Shown: positions 41,177-43,979 of the stretch, piece by piece
Position numbering within the stretch: the stretch's first letter is position 1
Layout: every line of letters begins with the position of its first letter
Source: a virus
IMG/VR virus record: IMGVR_UViG_3300036852_000388
Location: 1 to 43,979 of that record
DNA: 43,979 bases
Reading direction: 5' to 3' (one strand)
Translations under genes and position numbers: made by a program
Notes under the pieces: generated by a model
What the model was told of the DNA's origin: nothing
What the model saw: the letters and a program-made list of their open reading frames with translations, nothing else
Database searches by the model: none

Positions 41177-43379
41177 TCTAGACGACGATCCCCAAACCGC
41201 GGAAGCGGACAGCAAGGCGACCAAGAGCGACGACGAGAGCTTGATGCAGCGCCTGAAGCGCTGGGAGCGCCTCGCCCGCAACCATTGGTCCAAGTGGCGT
41301 GAGGAAGCCCGCCTGAGTTACGATTTCGTAGCCGGGCACCAGTGGTCCTCTGAGGACAAGTCGGCGCTCCTCGATCAGATGCGTCAGCCAGTGACCTTCA
41401 ACCGTGTGGCCCCGATGATCGATGCCGTCACGGGCGCGGAAATCCTCAATCGCCAGGAAGTCCGTTATCTGCCGCGCGAGCAGGGCGACGTGCAGGTCAA
41501 CGAGCTGATCACGGCGGCTGACGAGTGGTCGCGTGAGCTTGCAGACACTGAGGACGAAGAGAGTGACGCCTTTGCTGATGTGGTGATCTGCGGCCTGGGC
41601 TGGTCCGAGACGCGGATGGATTACGCCCTCGACCCTGAGGGCCGCATTGTCGATGAGCGCATTGACCCGCTGGAGATGTGGGCAACCCCAAGCGGGGCGT
41701 TCCAGCGCAACCTTGGCAACGCTCGCTGCCTGATCCGCGCGCGTTACCGCGACAAGGACGGTTTGCCGGCGAGGTGGCGCAAGAAAATCCCCACGACGAC
41801 GCATGGCGCTTCTGCCGTCGATGATCCAACGTCCGGCTGGACGGGTCCAAAGGACGACTATGAGCGTCATGACGAGCCCGACCAGAAGGACAGGGACAAC
41901 AACAAGCGGCAGGTGTGGATCCGGCACATCCAGTGGTGGGAGGAGGAGCCGGCCTGGCGCATTGCCGATCCGAACACCGGGCAGGCCGCGACGGTCACGC
42001 GCCAGCAGCTCAAGCAGATCAACGAGATGTTCCTGCGCAACGGCATGAAGCCGCCGGAGGCTGTGCAGATCGAGCAGCGCAAGTTCTATCAGGCGGTGAT
42101 CTGCGGCAGCGTCTTCCTCGAGCCCAAGACCGAGATCGAGGCCGGCGCGTTCACCTTCAAATGCATCACCGGCAAGCGTGATCGGAACAAAAACACGTTC
42201 TTCGGCGCCGTCCGGGCGATGATCGATCCACAGATGTGGGGGAATAAATTCTTCGTCCAGATCATGCACATCCTCAACACGGCGGCCAAGGGCGGGCTGC
42301 TGCATGAGCAGGATGCGTTCGTCAACCCGCGCAAGGCGCTGGAGGACTGGGGCAAACCCGACGCTGCGATCGAGCTGAAGCGCGGCAGCCTGTCAGGCCC
42401 GAAGCCGGCAGTGCAGGAGCGCACGCCGGCGGTGTTCCCGGCTGGCACCGAGAAGATGATGGAGTTTGCGCTCAACAATCTCCCTCAGACCAGCGGCATC
42501 AATCTGGAGCTGCTGGGCCTGGTCGAGCGCGAGCAGCCTGGCGTGCTGGAGATGCAGCGCAAGAAGGCCGGTTACGCCATCCTCGCCGTCTTCTTCGACA
42601 GCCTGCGCCGCTACCGCAAGGAGAAGGGCCGCGTTCGGCTTTACTTCATCCAGAACTACATCAGCGATGGCCGGCTTATTCGCATCAAGGGCAAGGACAG
42701 CACGATGCAGTACGTGCCCTTGGTCAAGCAGGCTGACACGGCGACCTATGATGTGATCGTCGACGAGGCGGCCATGTCTCCGAACCAGAAGGAGCAGACG
42801 TGGCTGATGCTGCAGGGGATGATGCCTTTGCTGAGCAAGCTGAACGTCCCGCCGGAAATCTGGTCCACCATCATCGAGTACAGCCCGCTGCCGTCGAGCG
42901 TCTCGGGCAAGATCAATCAGATCATCTCCAAGCAGGCTGAGCAGCCGCCGCCGCCCGATCCGGAGATGGAGAAGATCAAGGCGCAGGTCGAGGCCGACAA
43001 GGCGACCATGCAGATGAAGGCTGAGCAGGCGCAGCAGGAAGCTGTCATGGAGCAACAGCGCCAACAGCAAGAGCTGACGATCGAGCGCGAGAAGGCTGAG
43101 ATCGAGAAGCAGAAGGCGGTCGCTGAGATCCAGGTCATGCGGGAGAAGGCCCAGATCGAGATCCAGGGGACGCTGGCGAAGTTGCAGGTGGACGTGCAGG
43201 CGACACAGCAGAAGGCGGCGGCGGATGCGCAGGCCAATCAGCAGCGCATTGAGTCCGAGCGGATGGCTGGCGAGCAGAAGCTGACGCATCAGCGTGCCAT
43301 GGATGAGCAGGCGGTGAGCGCGGCGAGGGCGAAGGCAGCGGCGGCGCCGAAGAAGCAGAAGAAGGCAAAGGCAGCATGA
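41169..43379 (+). CDS. Portal protein with long C-terminal coiled-coil/basic tail
   Basis: 736 aa, between terL and the scaffold. WREEARLSYDFVAGHQWS portal-like N-terminus. E/Q/K/A-rich C-terminus. Confidence 0.85.
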   Translation: MPDLDDDPQTAEADSKATKSDDESLMQRLKRWERLARNHWSKWREEARLSYDFVAGHQWSSEDKSALLDQMRQPVTFNRVAPMIDAVTGAEILNRQEVRYLPREQGDVQVNELITAADEWSRELADTEDEESDAFADVVICGLGWSETRMDYALDPEGRIVDERIDPLEMWATPSGAFQRNLGNARCLIRARYRDKDGLPARWRKKIPTTTHGASAVDDPTSGWTGPKDDYERHDEPDQKDRDNNKRQVWIRHIQWWEEEPAWRIADPNTGQAATVTRQQLKQINEMFLRNGMKPPEAVQIEQRKFYQAVICGSVFLEPKTEIEAGAFTFKCITGKRDRNKNTFFGAVRAMIDPQMWGNKFFVQIMHILNTAAKGGLLHEQDAFVNPRKALEDWGKPDAAIELKRGSLSGPKPAVQERTPAVFPAGTEKMMEFALNNLPQTSGINLELLGLVEREQPGVLEMQRKKAGYAILAVFFDSLRRYRKEKGRVRLYFIQNYISDGRLIRIKGKDSTMQYVPLVKQADTATYDVIVDEAAMSPNQKEQTWLMLQGMMPLLSKLNVPPEIWSTIIEYSPLPSSVSGKINQIISKQAEQPPPPDPEMEKIKAQVEADKATMQMKAEQAQQEAVMEQQRQQQELTIEREKAEIEKQKAVAEIQVMREKAQIEIQGTLAKLQVDVQATQQKAAADAQANQQRIESERMAGEQKLTHQRAMDEQAVSAARAKAAAAPKKQKKAKAA

Positions 43380-43979
43380 CGATGCAGACGGGGCAGGTGG
43401 CCCCGGTGAATGGCAGCACTCCGCTGCCGCAAGCAGACCCGGATGCGGCGAAGTATGACGAGCTGCGCAAGGAGCTGGGCATTGAGGCGGAGGCGGCAGA
43501 GCCTGAACCGCAGGCGGAGCCCGCGCAGCAGGAGCCTGGGCAGCAGCAGGAGCCCGCCAAGGGCAAGCCCGAGCATGTGCCCTACTCCGAGCATGAGAAC
43601 CTCCAGCGCGCTCTGAAGGAGGCACGCGAGCAGTCGAAGACTGCGGAGGCGCGGTTTGCCCAGGCGCTCGAGGCCCTCACACGGCGCGCGCAGCCGGAGC
43701 CGGAACCGAAGAAGACCGAGGCGCCCAAGATCCCCGACAAGCTGGAGGATCCCATTGGGCACTTCGAGGGCAAGATTGCCCAGCTGGAGGCCCAGCTGCA
43801 GCAGGCTGCACAGGGCAGCCAGATGACGGCTGAGCAGCTGCAGACCTACCAGCAGCAGCAGCAGTTCCATGCGGTTGTTGTGCGCGCTGAGGAGGAGATC
43901 AACGATCCCAAGAGCGCCAACCACAAGGCCGACTATTGGGATGCGGTCGGGCATCTGGAGACTCAGCGCGTTAAAGAGC
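43376..43979 (+). CDS. Scaffolding-like protein, N-terminal part (runs off the window and continues at nt 128)
   Basis: ATG 43376 overlaps the portal TGA (ATGA). Open to the window end and in frame with 1-555 through the overlap. Confidence 0.6.
   Translation, partial: MTMQTGQVAPVNGSTPLPQADPDAAKYDELRKELGIEAEAAEPEPQAEPAQQEPGQQQEPAKGKPEHVPYSEHENLQRALKEAREQSKTAEARFAQALEALTRRAQPEPEPKKTEAPKIPDKLEDPIGHFEGKIAQLEAQLQQAAQGSQMTAEQLQTYQQQQQFHAVVVRAEEEINDPKSANHKADYWDAVGHLETQRVKE
43853..43979. repeat. Terminal overlap copy 2 (identical to 1-127)
   Basis: Same 127-nt string. It lies inside the scaffold ORF and keeps it in frame. Confidence 0.95.

Larger units (their letters stand above)
1..43979. mobile_element. 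Complete temperate podovirus-like phage genome (closed circle, 43,852 bp unique); alphaproteobacterial host signature
   Basis: Exact 127-nt overlap of the window ends. Full set of terminase, portal, capsid, tail, ejection, lysis, integrase, repressor and replication genes. No tape measure, sheath or tube genes. GcrA-, GapR- and Omp25/31-like genes. Confidence 0.85.

Noticed and set aside
1-43979. tRNA, rRNA and CRISPR genes, and large known defence systems (R-M, CBASS, retron, Gabija-type and similar).
   Set aside because: I saw no cloverleaf-compatible sequence in any intergenic gap. No ORF is large enough or carries the signature ATPase, nuclease, RT or cyclase motifs outside the replication, recombination and packaging genes already assigned.

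Overview
The window is one complete, circularly closed genome of a temperate, podovirus-like phage from a high-GC host. Nt 1-127 are identical to nt 43853-43979, so the unique length is 43,852 bp. GcrA-like, GapR-like and Omp25/31-like genes point to an alphaproteobacterial host. Modules in order on the + strand, wrapping the junction: (1) terS, terL and portal (39321-43379); (2) a scaffold gene that spans the junction (43376..555); (3) an N4/BPP-1-type major capsid gene; (4) adaptor and nozzle-like proteins and two tail fibres; (5) four large internal or ejection proteins, one with a GH24 lysozyme domain; (6) a lysis cassette of GH19 endolysin and overlapped spanins, interrupted by an HNH-AP2 homing endonuclease. 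On the - strand is a leftward early operon (25644->19276) holding recombination genes, a GcrA-like gene, xis and int, next to a candidate attP. A cI-like/cro-like switch at 25934-26659 drives a rightward replication operon. That operon contains RusA, a DnaA-domain-IV protein, an O-like initiator with eight iterons inside its own gene, a T7 gp4-like primase-helicase and a GapR-like protein. The most interesting accessory region is 33179-37334. It holds two back-to-back operons of about 17 tiny ORFs, fired from a symmetric palindromic promoter pair. The leftward operon ends in a Zn-ribbon/XRE HTH gene, which is the acr/aca-style architecture. The rightward operon starts with a Cro-like HTH and a Lar-like restriction-alleviation candidate. 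I propose this region as a candidate anti-defence (or prophage-defence) island of unknown proteins. Other points worth checking are two frame breaks (in the primase, and at a G_GGA_AAG heptamer ahead of a multi-TM protein), an in-frame UGA in a mini membrane ORF, antisense morons inside the virion module, and an outer-membrane-protein moron cluster. All functional calls rest on motif recognition by eye. No database searches were run.
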